Positions 41,882-60,602 of a DNA stretch of 64,000 nucleotides are shown here, in pieces. Below the pieces are notes generated by a model, which searched no databases, had not been told where the DNA came from, and saw only the letters and a list, made by a program, of their open reading frames with translations. Positions within the stretch are counted from its first letter, which is position 1. Each line of letters begins with the position of its first letter. The position numbers and the translations under genes were made by a program. This DNA comes from the human T2T-CHM13v2.0 reference genome, Homo sapiens: NCBI RefSeq assembly GCF_009914755.1, contig NC_060944.1; one strand, given 5' to 3'.

Positions 41882-43389
41882 ATCTAGATGCCCTGCTTCT
41901 CTTGAAAATGTCAAAGCTTGGTAATGCCAGGTCCTCACTTCTACCTGGGGGGAATGGAGTCACAGAGATGTCAAATCTCTTCATGGGGTGTACACCCTCC
42001 AGTTTGCCACAGTCCTCACCACCCCAGGACTCACGCCGAGGCCTTTCCAGTGCCCTTGCACCATCCTTTTTCTCGTAAGAGGAAGATGAAGTGGGGCTCT
42101 ACGCGCGGCGTATCACAGGTGAGGGCGAGACCAGCAGAGAGGGCTGTGCTGGCTGTGGCTTTGCTCGGCCTGCCCCATCCATGCTGCAGTGGTGCGGAGG
42201 AGCAGGGAGCTGTGTAGGGCCAACCCCGGTTCCTGCCTCAGCTCCACCCGCCTTGCACCTGCAAGTGAAAGGTCTTAAGACGAGCAGGCCCAGGGCACCC
42301 TCTACTGCAGGGTCAGGTGGAGGTGCCTCCACCTCCCAAGGCTCACCCATGCCAGGGGCCCAGAACTTGAGAGGCCAGCACCAACTCTCCAGGGCCGAAC
42401 GAAAACCAAACCCCAGGGCTTTGGACTCAAACCATCGAGAGGAAGCAGCAAGAGGTCCCAAAGGTACTTGAGTGACACAATGATCATCATTCTCTCCTCA
42501 GGGGCAGGACAGGGGCAGGGGAAGGTGAGTGGAAGCCCATTGCTCAGATAAAGAGCAGCTGCCACGGAGGGTAGCCCGTCGGCCTATGCCGGCGCTCACT
42601 GGTGTCTTCCTCTAGTGCTTGGGGCTGGCATGGAATCTGCTCAAATGCAGGCAGCTGAAGGTGAGCCCGCAGCCTGGTGATCCCAAGTGCCAACCATGAG
42701 GAAGTCTGGAGAAAAGACCAGGGAGCAGGGGCCCTCGTGAGGAGCAGGAATTGGCAGCAGGGGCCACCAGCAGAACACCAGAGGGGACAGTGGCAGGGGG
42801 AGGAAGATACAGCCAGGCTGGGTCTCAGCCCCAGCTGAGGGTCTCACCTCTTAGCTGGTGAAGGCTCCGGCCTGTTCCTGCTTTCGGTCACCACTTCATC
42901 CCTGGGTGATCGTGGGCCCGGTGCAGGGCTGGCTACAAGTGTTTGTTGATTGGTAACTGCTCATGAAAATGGCAACAGCACTAGCACAGCTTCACAAATA
43001 GAAACACATTTCACCAACACCCTTGCAGGAAGCCCTCCAGGAGGGCCAAGACCATCCCTGCTTTACTGTTATGGACGTGAGCCTCCGAGAGGCAGTGACT
43101 TAGATGCTCACCCAGCCAGGAAGGAAGGAACACACTCGACCCTCAGTCTAAGACCCCATCAGGCCACTAATAATTCTCCCTCCAAACCCAGCTCAGGTCA
43201 AGGCCTATCTTCACCCCCAAATCATCCCTAAGGCAGCCTCAACTCTCCACAGCACTACAGCCATCCTGCCCGGCCCCAGTGCTCCACAGACCCTAAACCC
43301 GAGCCCTCCCGGGCTTTGTTGGCCCCAAACCACCTACACTTGTTACGTGTTATTTTTACACTGGCGTTTCCCCTCAGCCTTGCATACTG

Positions 43390-44340
<951 letters not shown>

Positions 44341-44900
44341 CATACCCTTCCTTTAGTTCTCCAATTATCATAATTCTATTCATCCTTCACATTCCACCCT
44401 CACCTTCTATGAAAGTGCCCTGAATTTGCTGCAGGATAGATTGCTCCTGGAGTGCAGCTCTGGTGTGAGCTTTCAGAGGCAGCGCAGTGCCCTGGGCAGC
44501 CTGCGTAATCCACGACTGTCAGATCAAAGGGCAGTGTGACCCTGGCCCACAGTGGCAGGAGCTGAGTGCCACTGGCTTGGCCCCGGGAACCTGCGCATCT
44601 CCCCTCTGAGCCAAGGAAACAAACAACACAGACAACAGTGTCTCCCCGATGGCCCCATCCCCAGGGTGGAGGCCCTGCACCGGGCACTGCTCTGCGCGCG
44701 CGCTCCCCAGCAGCCAGCAGTGTCTGGAGGATACTGGAAAGCTTGGCAAGAGTAGGCTGAGCAGCTCCTCTGTGGACAGAAAGGGCATGTGGAGAAGCGG
44801 CACATCAAGCTCTGGTTAGGATCCAAAACCAAATGCCAGCTCCTAGGATCCCCAGACCAGGGTGTGAAACACACCAAGAGCACCCCAGACCCGCACCAGT

Positions 44901-45812
44901 TGTGTCGACTGTGACAGTACCCAGAGTGGAAAAAACATGAACTCAAACTGTGTTTTCCTCCACTGCTCTCTCAATACCAACAGACATCTGTGGCCAAATG
45001 TGTTGGGGATTTCTCCCCTGACACCAAGCAAGCAAGCAATTCTGCAGCCTACATCAGCTGGGTATCCTCCAATTCAATTCAGTGCTCACCCTACCTATAG
45101 TATCTGGAAATGGAATCCACAGGTTCAAGGCTCTGTCCCACAAGACCGCCGCCTCTGCCACAACATTGGACTGACCACCCTCTTTGGGTGGCATGATTTG
45201 CCAAGAGTGGCTCACAGAACTCAGGGAAACTTATGTTTACCAGTTTATTACAAACATTATTAGAAAAGGATACAAATAAGTAAACAGCCAGATGAAGATA
45301 CACACAGGGTGAGGTCTGGACGGGTCCTGGGCAAATGCTGGAGCTTCTGTCCCCATGGAGTGGGGGTGCGCCACCCTCTTGGCACATGGACAAGTTCTCG
45401 TTCCCCTCCCTCCACATGTTCAGCTCTTCAGAAGCTCCCGTGTTCCTGGGCCTTTTATGGAGACGTCATTGGATAGGCATGGCTGAAGCATGGCAGCTGT
45501 GTTGAGATGAAACTGGACAAAAAGCATAAGGTCTAAACCCAGCAAGGCCTGTCTGTCCAGATGCTTCTTGGCCTCTCTGTGCAGCGTTCCTCCTTCCGGG
45601 TATGGGGCAGCACCCTCTCTGGAATGAGGGTCTTATGAGCTACAGTCAGATTAAAGTCTGGTGTTGAGCAAGTGAAATGGGGCAGGAGAAGGTCACAGAC
45701 AGAGATTCCGTTTTCTGAGGCCTGCAGTGTCCCAACATTATAACAAAGGGTTATGGGAGTGATGAACCAGGAACTGTGGACAAAAACATCTACACACGTA
45801 TAAAATATCACA
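44901..45812 (-). mobile_element. MER21A-like solo LTR
   Basis: - strand tgtgatatt...gtccacagttcctgg...gctgcacagagaggccaagaag...acagacaggccttgctgggttt; candidate CAGT TSD. Confidence 0.75.
45244..45249 (-). terminator. TBC1D20: Distal poly(A) signal inside the MER21-like LTR
   Basis: TGTAATAAACTGG on the - strand; LTR is co-oriented with TBC1D20. Confidence 0.6.
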
Positions 45813-46053
45813 GTGCCCTGGGCTGCAGCTGGAGTGTGTGGGTCATAATTCTTGCAGATGAAACAGAAACAGCAAGACTGTAGGTACTGCCCAAGGTCTC
45901 CTAGCCAGTCAAGGCTGACCAGGAGTCCACAGACCATGGCACAGTTCTGGGCCTGACATGGAAGGTGGGAGCATCCAGATCAGAGACCATTCCCACTGAG
46001 CGGTGGCCAAGGACGGAATGACAGAAGAGGTGATTAGTAACCACATATGGCTG

Positions 46054-46059
46054 TTTATT
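46054..46059 (-). terminator. TBC1D20: TBC1D20 proximal poly(A) signal
   Basis: AATAAA on the - strand preceded by two UGUA (CFIm) motifs (tgtaaatattttgtaca). Confidence 0.7.
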
Positions 46060-46581
46060 TGACACAGGGCTCTGTACAAAATATTTACACATATTCTTTA
46101 CAGAATAAGTAAACCACCTGAAGGTAATTAGATAATGCTTTCTTCTCAATGACAGGGAGAATCCTGGTGTCAGCAAAGTTAGAAAACAGATAAACATTCT
46201 CCTTCCGAGGCCACAACTCAAGCAAATGCCACTTGCTTCCTAGGATCTGAAAAGCTGTGGCCTTGGGACCCTGGTCACATGCACCTCCTTTCCTCAACCC
46301 CATCAATTCCTTCAGTATTTACAAACAGGCTTGAGTACTTGTGGAAGGAGGGGCAGCTGGTGCCGCCCACTGAGAGGATGACAAGAGGGCCAGCTTGCTT
46401 TGGGAGAGCACTGGGAATATCTGCCGCATCATCACCTCTGGAAGAATTTCCTTTGCCCTGATGAATACACCACTGTCTAAATTAATCCATCGACATCACA
46501 CTTACCCCACAGTGGGGCTCCTGAGCCATGGACAATGATCCATCCCTTTGAGCTTTTTTTGGTTTTAAAGTGCGTAGTGGT

Positions 46582-46902
46582 GGCTGGGCGTGGTGGCTCA
46601 CACCTGTAATCCCAGCACTTTGGGAGGACGAGACGGGCAGATCACCTGAGGTCAGGAGTTCGAGACCAGCCTGGCCAACGTGGCGAAACCCCATCTCTAC
46701 TAAAAATACAAAAATTAGTCAGGCGTGGTAGCAGGTGCCTGTAGTCCCAGCTACTCGGGAGGCTGAGGCAGCGAGAATTGCCTGAACTTGGGAGGCGGAG
46801 GTTGCAGTGAGCTGAGACTGCACCACTGCACTCCAGCCTGGGCAACAGAGTGAGACTCCATCTCAGAAAAAAGAAAATAATAATAAAATAAATAAAAATA
46901 AA
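46582..46902 (+). mobile_element. AluS in the TBC1D20 3'UTR (antisense to the mRNA)
   Basis: Full Alu; TSD TAAAGTGC(G/T)TAGTG. Confidence 0.92.
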
Positions 46903-48336
46903 GTGCTTAGTGTAACTCAGCGGACAGGGCTCCCAGCTGCTCTGGCACGTGGGACACCCTCCACCCTGCACACAACAGGCATGCAAAGAGGACTGGATAT
47001 GGTGGGGTAGAGTGCTTCTGGTGTGTTCACTTTAAGAAAACATCTGCCAAGAGAGAAGAGTGCCCAGGAAAGACCAGGAAAATACAAGTACATGGCTGCT
47101 TCATACCATATACCCCAATTCTTTAAAGCAGCAAAAGGCACTTTTTTTTTCAGGCCAGAGTGAATCTAAAACAAACCTGGCTTTGCTTACAGGGAAGCTG
47201 TCCCAGAAGGACTGAGTGATGCCTCTTGTTCCCTAAGGTCTGGAGAGTCTTTGCAAGTTTCCAACGACATTTCCAACCAGGTGGGAGAGACCAGCAGTTG
47301 ACGAGTCAAGTCAGACCCAAAAAACGACGCCAAGGTAGTGAGTGGGTGCCTATTTGGGAGTAGGATGATTTGAGGAAAACAGGAAGAAAAACCGGTCAGA
47401 AAGTGGCACTTTGGAAGTGGAAAGCTGTTTGCAAATAGCAACTCTGGCTAAAGCGAAAATGTTAATCAAGTAGAAAGTAAAATTCAGGATCTTAGAAGCT
47501 CATCCTTCTGATGAGAACTATTTTTTTTTCCGTGAAGGAACTATTATTACTTTAAAAGTGAGGGTAATTTACATATGGGGTGTATATATTCTAAAAATAG
47601 TAATAAAAGTACCTTTTATAAGCAATGTTGTGTGGCTTGTAGAAGAAAGCAGGGAGGAAAAAAAGGCAGGCAAAACTAGTCTAGGTCTAGGCCCTAAAAA
47701 TGAGCTTCCTTCCCACTTGACTGGAAACGCCCATGTGATTTCTAGGCTGAAAATAGGTAGGATTTAACGAGTAACCTAGTTCCCTTCTGTCTCTGATTTC
47801 TGATCAGCTGATGGAGCTGCTAGTAAGAGGGGCCGATCATGCTCCCAGACGAGTCCTTTGGCCTCTTGCTCTCCATCCCAAGCCTGACTCCTTCAGCAGC
47901 AGCCCCCTCCTTCTGTGTCCATCTGATGCAGGCAAGCAGGAGCAGTAAGAGGGCATCCCATGTTCCAGTTCACCTTCTATGGGGTGACTAGGAGGTTCCC
48001 GGTAACTAGGGCAGCCCAGGCCCAGCAGGTTGCAAAAGCAGCTGCAAGCTTCAGAAACCCACTTCCTCCAACACCAGGGAGGTGGCAGAGAGCCCATCCA
48101 AAAGCCCACTGGGAGAGGCATAAGATTCTGTGCCAGGCCCCCAGGTCCCCTCTGTGTCAGGTAGGCTCTGCTACTGGCCTCTGAAGTAAAGGCAAACACA
48201 AACGGGCAGGGCAGGGTGGCAGGAATAAAAAACTCTGGACAGAAACCCTTTTAATAAAGGAAATTCCACCCCTCCCAATCCTTCCATGGAAGGGTGAGAC
48301 CTTAATGTGATGTAAGAGGAAGGTCTTCTCTGGCTT

Positions 48337-48592
48337 TCAGGGAAACAGCTGCAGCTGAAACTTAGGGGCCCATTCCAGGGCACTTTTCACCACAGCCAGT
48401 GCAGCCGCTCCAAGTGCCACTGTCAGCCCCATCACTGCCAATTTCACAAAGCGGTTGGTCCTTGGCTTGGTCAGGACATCTTTTGTTCGATCTTCAGGCC
48501 GCAGAAGTCCCCGAAACCGCTGCCGCAGCACCATATCAGGCCTCTGCTGGGCTGATGCCAGCTCAAAGTCTTTGAAAGTAGAGGCTGCCGTC
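48337..48592 (-). CDS. TBC1D20: TBC1D20 exon 8 coding part (C-terminal membrane anchor)
   Basis: TAASTFKDFELA...LAVMGLTVALGAAALAVV...FQLQLFP-TGA; 256 nt; total fits 403 aa with a 70-nt exon 1. Confidence 0.96.
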
Positions 48593-48858
48593 CTGCAGGG
48601 GAAAGAGACGGAAGGAAGGAAGTGGTATGAAAGAGGAGGAGGAAAGCAAAACTACACCACATAGGCTGCGGGCAGAGCCTTTCATTGCTGGGAAAGCTCT
48701 TTATGATAAAGACCCATATGTCTACAGTGGGGATTCCACTGGCCTAAGCTCAGATCTCTGGAAACATGCCCCAACCCTATCCCACCAGACACAAACCTTC
48801 CCTCGCTTCTGCTCATTTACAGCCACCCCCATTCAACCAGTGTCCCAGCCTTGCTCAC

Positions 48859-49046
48859 CTCTCAGCTTGCTGTTGGGCAGCGGCCTCCCGAGCAAGTTCG
48901 GATGGGGGAAACTGAACAAAAAGGTCTCCTGCTCTGCTGATCAGTGTCTCATAGGGCAAGTCCTGAGGGATCTGGGACAACAGGTGGTGGACCGAGGCCA
49001 TGTCACAGTCACAGTCCAGGACTTCCTGCTCGCGATACAACACAAT
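48859..49046 (-). CDS. TBC1D20: TBC1D20 exon 7
   Basis: IVLYREQEVLDCDCDMASVHHLLSQIP...QQQAE; 188 nt. Confidence 0.95.
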
Positions 49047-49998
49047 CTGTGGGGAGGTAGTAAAGCCTTGCAGTCAGAGGCCAGACACACAGGGCCTGGG
49101 CCACCTGCACTCCATTATCCTTGCAGATGAATTTAAACTGGTAACAGACAGGACTCAGCCCAAATGTTGAGCAAACTCTTGTATCCATCAAGGAAGTAAT
49201 AACATATATACGCTCAGTGCTACTCCTACTCTCTGGCCCTTCCTGCAAACTTCCACCACATGACATGAAAGGCTGACCAGTTACAATCTAAGTCCTTCGG
49301 GCATGCTGGGCTGCTCAGGTGTCCCTTTAAGTCTTGAAAGAAATGAAGGAGATTCTTTTAGGAGAAAGTAGGAGAATTATTGGGAGATTCCTGGAGCTCC
49401 AGCATAGAAGAAATGGTTCAAAACAGTAGAAAGAACAGTCTTGCTCCCTTTAAGCATCTTCCTTCTGACTGTTGGTCCACAAATCCACAGATGCTCAAGG
49501 GACCAGTGGTCATTGAAGGACTTCCCTGAATTCCCATCTCCACCCCATCCCTCAAGACCCTTCTACTAACTGAAGCCCCTACCCTCCACCGCAAGCCGCC
49601 TCCCTTGTCTGTCATGACACCAGATCTCTTCTTTTCTTAAATCTGGAGTTGACAGCTTACGCTACTATTTCCCTAATTGTGTTCATCAGCTGAACATATA
49701 TTCCAGACAATGTCAACAGGAACCCTGACAATTCACAATGCAGATTAGCATTTTAAAGGTTCAGAAGTGTCATGCAGCAAAAAAAATCTGATTTTGTTTA
49801 TACCCAGCATTTCCCAACTTACTATTTTTTGTGTGTGACACCCCCATTAATACTGCACAGAATGGTGTCCAGGGACACCAGCCTGGGAAGTGCTGTCTTT
49901 TGCATCTTTCCATAATCCCCAGGTTTCCCTTCAGGGAAAATGACCACAGTGGGATGGGTGATGGTGAACCCAGCTGCTGGCTCGTGGCCTGTACCTAC

Positions 49999-50140
49999 CA
50001 CGGCTGCAAAGTAAATCGGCATCAGTGGGTGGCAGGCCAGGAAGAAGTCATATAACCGCACGACGTGCCTGAAGTCAGACAGGACATGCCCAAACCAGGT
50101 GATGAGCCAGCTGAGGGCAAAGATGGTCCCTACCTCAGCA
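49999..50140 (-). CDS. TBC1D20: TBC1D20 exon 6
   Basis: AEVGTIFALSWLITWFGHVL...RLYDFFLACHPLMPIYFAAV; 142 nt. Confidence 0.95.
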
Positions 50141-51338
50141 CTAGAAACAAAGGAAAGGCAGGTGTCAGGTCCTGTGGGCCATCCCTTCCCTCTCTCTGGG
50201 CCTTATAGCGCTGGTGAGAAGGAAGCATTTAGGAATAAGATTTCTGGAAAATTCAGTTACCTAGGAATTCAGCATCTTCTCCTTACAAAATATTTAATAC
50301 AAAGTCTTTAAGGTGTACCACAACACTAACACCACAACAGGGTCCTGGCTGCTTTATCTCACTGGGTGCTCGCCTACTGGCCAACAAATGTCAACTACAG
50401 GAACGAGAAGCAGTTGTTTTCAGAGAACTACGCCATGATTCTCCTTCTGACTAAGTCTTACCCTTCTGGGGGGCACAGGTACATATTCCCAAGCCTGAAA
50501 ACATGACTGCATTAATTTTTCTGTTAACATGAGACAACTGAAATATCTTAAGATGTAGCTGCCAGACACGGTGAGTCACGCCTATAATCTCAGCACTTTG
50601 GGAGGCCAAAGCGGGCGGATCACCTGACATCGGGAGCTCGAGACCAGCCTGACCAACATGGAGAAACCCTGTCTCTACTAAAAATACAAAATTAGCCGAG
50701 CGTGGTGGCGCATGCCTGTAATCCCAGCTACTTGAGGCTGAGGCAGAAGAATCGCTTGAACCCGGAAGATAGAGGTTGCAGTGAGCCAAGATCATGCCAT
50801 TGCACTCCAGCCTGGGCAACAAGAGAAAATACTCCATCTCAAAAAAAAAGAAGGCATAGCCATTACCTTTTAAAAAATTTTAAAAAAAGAGGCATTGGCC
50901 AAGAACACATTTCCAACTAAACAGAGAAGAAACAAAACATCACATGGGATTTGCAAAAAAATATTTCTTCTCTTTGGTACTTGGGAAATAAAACAACCCA
51001 TTGTTGGCCTTCCCCTTCTCGCCACTGGATCCCACAGGACTTTGTGTTTCTCTTGTGGCAATAACCTCAACATCTTACCTTGGCATACATACCTTATCCA
51101 CCTCTCCCCACTAGATGTAAACTCAAGGGATGGGCTATGTCCCCCAAAGAGCACAGTCCCCAAAAATGCTCCAAGAACTGAATTACCCAGATTGCTGGTG
51201 ACTGGAACAACTGGGGAGAACTTAACAAATCCACCCAAGACAATGAGGAAACTGCGCTCGGCTTGTGAGGAGTGTTTCAGGTGTGGGGGGGTGTGGGCGT
51301 GTGTATGCATGCACACAGAAATGCAGACACATATGTAC

Positions 51339-51440
51339 CTCTGCATGAAGTCATGGAGCTCTGGATTCACCTGGTCAATGATGGGCATCAGATAGTTTAA
51401 TATATGCTTGGTGTTGTCCATTGTTGGATCCATAAAATCC
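51339..51440 (-). CDS. TBC1D20: TBC1D20 exon 5
   Basis: DFMDPTMDNTKHILNYLMPIIDQVNPELHDFMQ; 102 nt; donor GTACAT. Confidence 0.95.
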
Positions 51441-51607
51441 CTGGAGGGAGACAATTCAATAAGCCTGGTTACCAAACACTTAGATCAGGGCTCAGGGTGG
51501 CGAGGGCTCAAACTCCTAAAAAAGCTGACCAGAAAACAGGCCAGTGAGTTATCCCCAGGACGGCTGAGGAGTGATGCCCGTCGTCTTGTGTTCCTCTCTA
51601 CTGGTAC

Positions 51608-51794
51608 CTGAGGTGGTGGGTAGATAATTTTTCTACCAGGGATGTTGCCAGCCTCTCGCCTACCACCAGCAGAAATGTGACCACAATGTCATGGTAGCCC
51701 TGGTAGTAGTGCAGCTGAGGGTTGCGCTCCAAGATGAGGAGGATGATGTCAATCAGTTCTTCCTGGAGCCCTTCTCTCTGTTCCTCTGGCATGC
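51608..51794 (-). CDS. TBC1D20: TBC1D20 exon 4 (glutamine finger, YYQ144G)
   Basis: MPEEQREGLQ...HYYQGYHDIV...THHL; 187 nt. Confidence 0.96.
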
Positions 51795-52637
51795 CTGGGG
51801 ACAGGAACAGAGATGCCTTTGAACATACCAAGCAGCCTAGTTAACAAGGAGGTCGAAGAAGGCCAGCAATGAATTTTCAGAGAAAAAAGGAAAATGAATT
51901 ACAAATAATTTGGCAACGCATATCAAGATCCACTGTTGATACCACCTGGCATACAGGAAAAGGCAGCTGCTAGCTTTCCAGTAGGGGAAGCTGCAGATGC
52001 CACCCTAACCAAGTTGCTGCAGTTAATACTGCTGGGACACAGTATTTAACTGCAGAATTTCAACTATGGGAGCCACAGACGGCCTCTGCCTCCCGAGGTG
52101 ATGCACTGACAGAGCTCAGCATCATGTCTGCAGGATTTCTATCAACAGCGCACAGACCTCAATCTCACAATGAAGAAATACCCAATATCCCCAAAGGAAG
52201 AGAAATTTAACTCTCATACAATACAAAGGAACTGTTCCAGATTAAAAATGGCTAAAGATATAGGACAACAGCATGAGAAACGCATAAATCTATATTTCCT
52301 TTTCCAGTGAAGCACATTACTCGAAGAAATGGTGAAATGTGAATAAAATCTGTGGATTAATTAGTTAACTATTTTTCAGTGTTGTTACTGATGTTGCTCA
52401 GTGTACTGTGATTACATGAGAGCCTTATATTTAGGAAATATGTCCTGAAACACTTGGGGTAAAAAGATGTCATGTTTGCAACTTACTCTTAAATAGTTCA
52501 GAGAAAAAGTGTATGTCTATGTGTAAAGCGAAGGAAAGACAGAAAGCAGCTAAAAAAGCAAATGTAGGCCAGGCGCGGTGGCTCACGCCTGTAATCCCAG
52601 CACTTTGGGAGGCAGAGGCAGGTGGATCACGAGGTCA

Positions 52638-53018
<381 letters not shown>

Positions 53019-53655
53019 TTACAGGAAAAACTGATCCTCTTGATCCAAAGATGTATTATAGCTGGAAATAGGGAAGCCTGTCTCAGGAGTTCTTTCAGGG
53101 AGTTCTTTTACTGCTGGAGCTAGTGCTGCCAGCAGTAAAAATGCCTTGGCCTTATGAGCCAGGTTAGAAGAATGGCACATGCACAGCTTCTCCACACCAT
53201 TAGCTTTCAGTTACAAACACATACTCAGAGAGAGAAAGCAGCTAATGTAAGGGCCCAAACTAAACCGGACAAAGGATTGCAGGTAAGAGCAAAACTCACC
53301 TCTTGCCCATATTTACCCCACCCCTTCTCAAATAAAAAGCATACCCTAAAAGATAAATAAGGAAACGAAGCAAACCCAGGGCTGCTGATAGGTGAAGCAG
53401 TGAAAGGAGTGAGAGTAAAAATTAAACCCTGTGTGAATTTTCAGCAGAAAAGCAGTGAGCCAAGCCCAGAAGACCATGAATGGAAAAAGAATATGAAGCC
53501 ACACTGTAAGTTCAGCCTACAGAAAGCGTATCACAGATATTACATCAATGGAAGAGGAATAAAGGGTTCAGAGGGAAAACAGGTTACCTAGGAAAAAATG
53601 GGGGTGGCTCTTGCCTGTAATCCCAGCACTTTGGGAGGCTGAGGTACGTGCATCA

Positions 53656-53994
<339 letters not shown>

Positions 53995-54800
53995 CTACTG
54001 CTACCTGGGTATTGCAAGAATCTGTCCAGGGAGCAAGAATGCCAGCAGGAAAGCAGCCCCTTCAACAACAAAAGCCAGGCCAGAGCACAGTGCAGAAGAG
54101 GGAGGCAGCCAGCTTAGAGGCTCCTGTTCCCTTTAGCAATTCTCCTCTCTTCATGACCTAAAGGTGGAGTTGCCAGAGGAAGAAAAATAGGTCATCCATG
54201 TGAGGTTTGTTGCCCAGTTCCCTTCACTGTGAAAATTGAGACAACGGTCCTTCTTTTCTTTCTTCCTGAAATAAAGAGGTAATTTTAGGAATACATTCTT
54301 TTTTGTTTGTTTGTTTTGTTTTTATTTATTTATTTTTTTATCTATTGCTGCTTAATTTGTTAATTAAGGAATATACTCTTACACAAACAGGGAATGGCCT
54401 CTCTTCCCTCTAAGGAATCTTACATATGTATGCGCAAGGTACCATCGTTTTTAAACCTAATTAAGATATTACTCATTCTTGTTGGTGCCCAATTCCACAC
54501 CAATCTGCTCTTTAATGCCAGACTGATGGCTCTAACAATCCTTATTAACTCCTTTTTGTGGCTTCAAGGAAAAACAAAAACCTCTTCTCTCATTCACCAC
54601 CTCTAGGCCAGGAGAAATTATTTTTGGTTCAGGCTTTCACAGTGGGGGTCTGAAAGTGACCAGTCAAGAAAAGGATGACTCAGCAAAAGGAGAGCTCTGA
54701 AGGTCCCTGAGGCGGCAGGGTCCAGCATATTAGGTCACATGGTATGACCTGGAACAGATACAGTCTTTCCAAATGTGGCAGGACCGGGAGAGCTTCTCAC

Positions 54801-54881
54801 CAGGAGGGAACCGCCGCAATGACCGCCGGACGTCCAGCAACACTTGTTGGTAGTCCTTGCTCATCTGCCGTAGGTTCTTCC
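54801..54881 (-). CDS. TBC1D20: TBC1D20 exon 3 (arginine finger, DVRR105S)
   Basis: KNLRQMSKDYQQVLLDVRRSLRRFPP; 81 nt; splice phases consistent. Confidence 0.96.
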
Positions 54882-56089
54882 CTATTGAAGGAAAAGGCAC
54901 GTTATTGCAGGAATGCCTGAGAAGCCAGACCAGAAGCAAAACATTCTGGGATGACACAAAAGGCCTAGAGGGCACATGTCAGCTTCTCCTGAAGAGGATG
55001 ATATGACTCAAGATACAACATTTGGCAGGGAATCCCTAGTTTGGTTCCAAACATTATGTTTCCTGCAAGTCACAATGACCCTAAGAGAAGGGAGCACAGA
55101 CTGCCCAGGAGACAATACAGCAGGGTGGGAAGGAGAGCAAAGACGTAAGGAGGCCAGGCGCCTCGTGCAGAAGGCCACTGTGCATCACTGGGAACTGCTC
55201 TGAATTTCAAAGTCCACAGCTACAAAATGAGGATATTCCAAGGATCAAATAAAATCATGAATGTGGGAACAACAGACCACTGAAAAAAACCCTAACGCCT
55301 ATAAAGTTGTGGGAGCACTAAGCTGTTTAGAAAGGTATATTGAGACTCACATAAAGAACCACCTAACAACTCTTGACCCAGCAATTCTAAAACTAAAGAG
55401 CTGCAAAGAGGAGACAGTCCTTGTGTTCAGCTGCTAAGTCCAATACAGCATGAAAGGAGGCAGTCTCTAGCCATTATACATATAACAAGTGTACATTTCC
55501 TCCAACCAAACCAAGTGCTGTATAATAAGCGTACATTTCTCTCACAACCCAAATCCAAAGCTAGTAAGGCTGGGCAACACTTCCTCACACGTAGGCTTCA
55601 CGGTATAAAAAGATGAGGGAAGTTTGGAACCTGATAGAAGAACATCATCTCAGGATTCAGGGTGTGAACATGGCACTGCCTTAGCCTTCCAACAAAAAGC
55701 TGACTGCTCTGAAGCAGCCAATTCCAAGGATAATAACAAGTGGCAACTCAACACCTACTGGGTGACATCATGACGCTGTGAACTTTTTGGTGGCAGAAGT
55801 CCTGTTTCAATCATCTCCAGTACCTGGCAATCATAGCACAACTAATATTTGCCAACTGAAAGAATCCTCAGCACTTGGCATTTTGCCATGATGGCAGGAA
55901 AGCTACAAGGTGAGTGCACTGAGTGAATGAGCAGCAGAGTGGATTCACTGTTCTACAGGACTTTTACTATTTTGAACTTCATTCCAAGGAACTCTTTTCA
56001 CCACATGGGCCTTGCACATTAGTTAGGTAACTCTTTTCACAGAATTACAGGATTTTAGAACTCCAAAGGATTTCAGTATTTCCCAATAA

Positions 56090-60289
<4,200 letters not shown>

Positions 60290-60411
60290 TGACACTGCAT
60301 ACAAAGGAACTGTTTCTTAAAAACCATAGTAAGTAATGTTTTAAGCATCTTACATCCTTATGTGATAGTCTGTTATTCATAGACATTTTGCCATGTTTAA
60401 ATTACTTTTTA

Positions 60412-60530
60412 GGACTGGTCCCTGAGTGGTGCTATTTACAACTCATTGATTACAATCAGTTAGATTTCTTTGTTCCTTTTCCACGCCCACTGCTTCACTT
60501 GACTAGCCTTCAAATAAATAAATAAATAAC
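60412..60530 (+). pseudogene. Y3 RNA (RNY3) retrocopy with A-rich tail
   Basis: ...TTTACAACTCATTGATTACAATCAGTTAGATTTCTTTGTTCCTTTTCCACGCCCACTGCTTCACTTGACTAGCCTT closely matches hY3; (AAAT)n tail; near-TSD AAATTACTTTTT / AAATAACTTTTT. Confidence 0.9.
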
Positions 60531-60602
60531 TTTTTTGGGAAATTGGTTGGGAATTTGTGGTTAGTAGCTATCATATCATTTTTCTATGTGAAATAACAGA
60601 GT

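Noticed and set aside
47837-48199. 120-aa ORF in the TBC1D20 3'UTR
   Set aside because: Non-ATG start, no recognisable domain, no support from sequence alone
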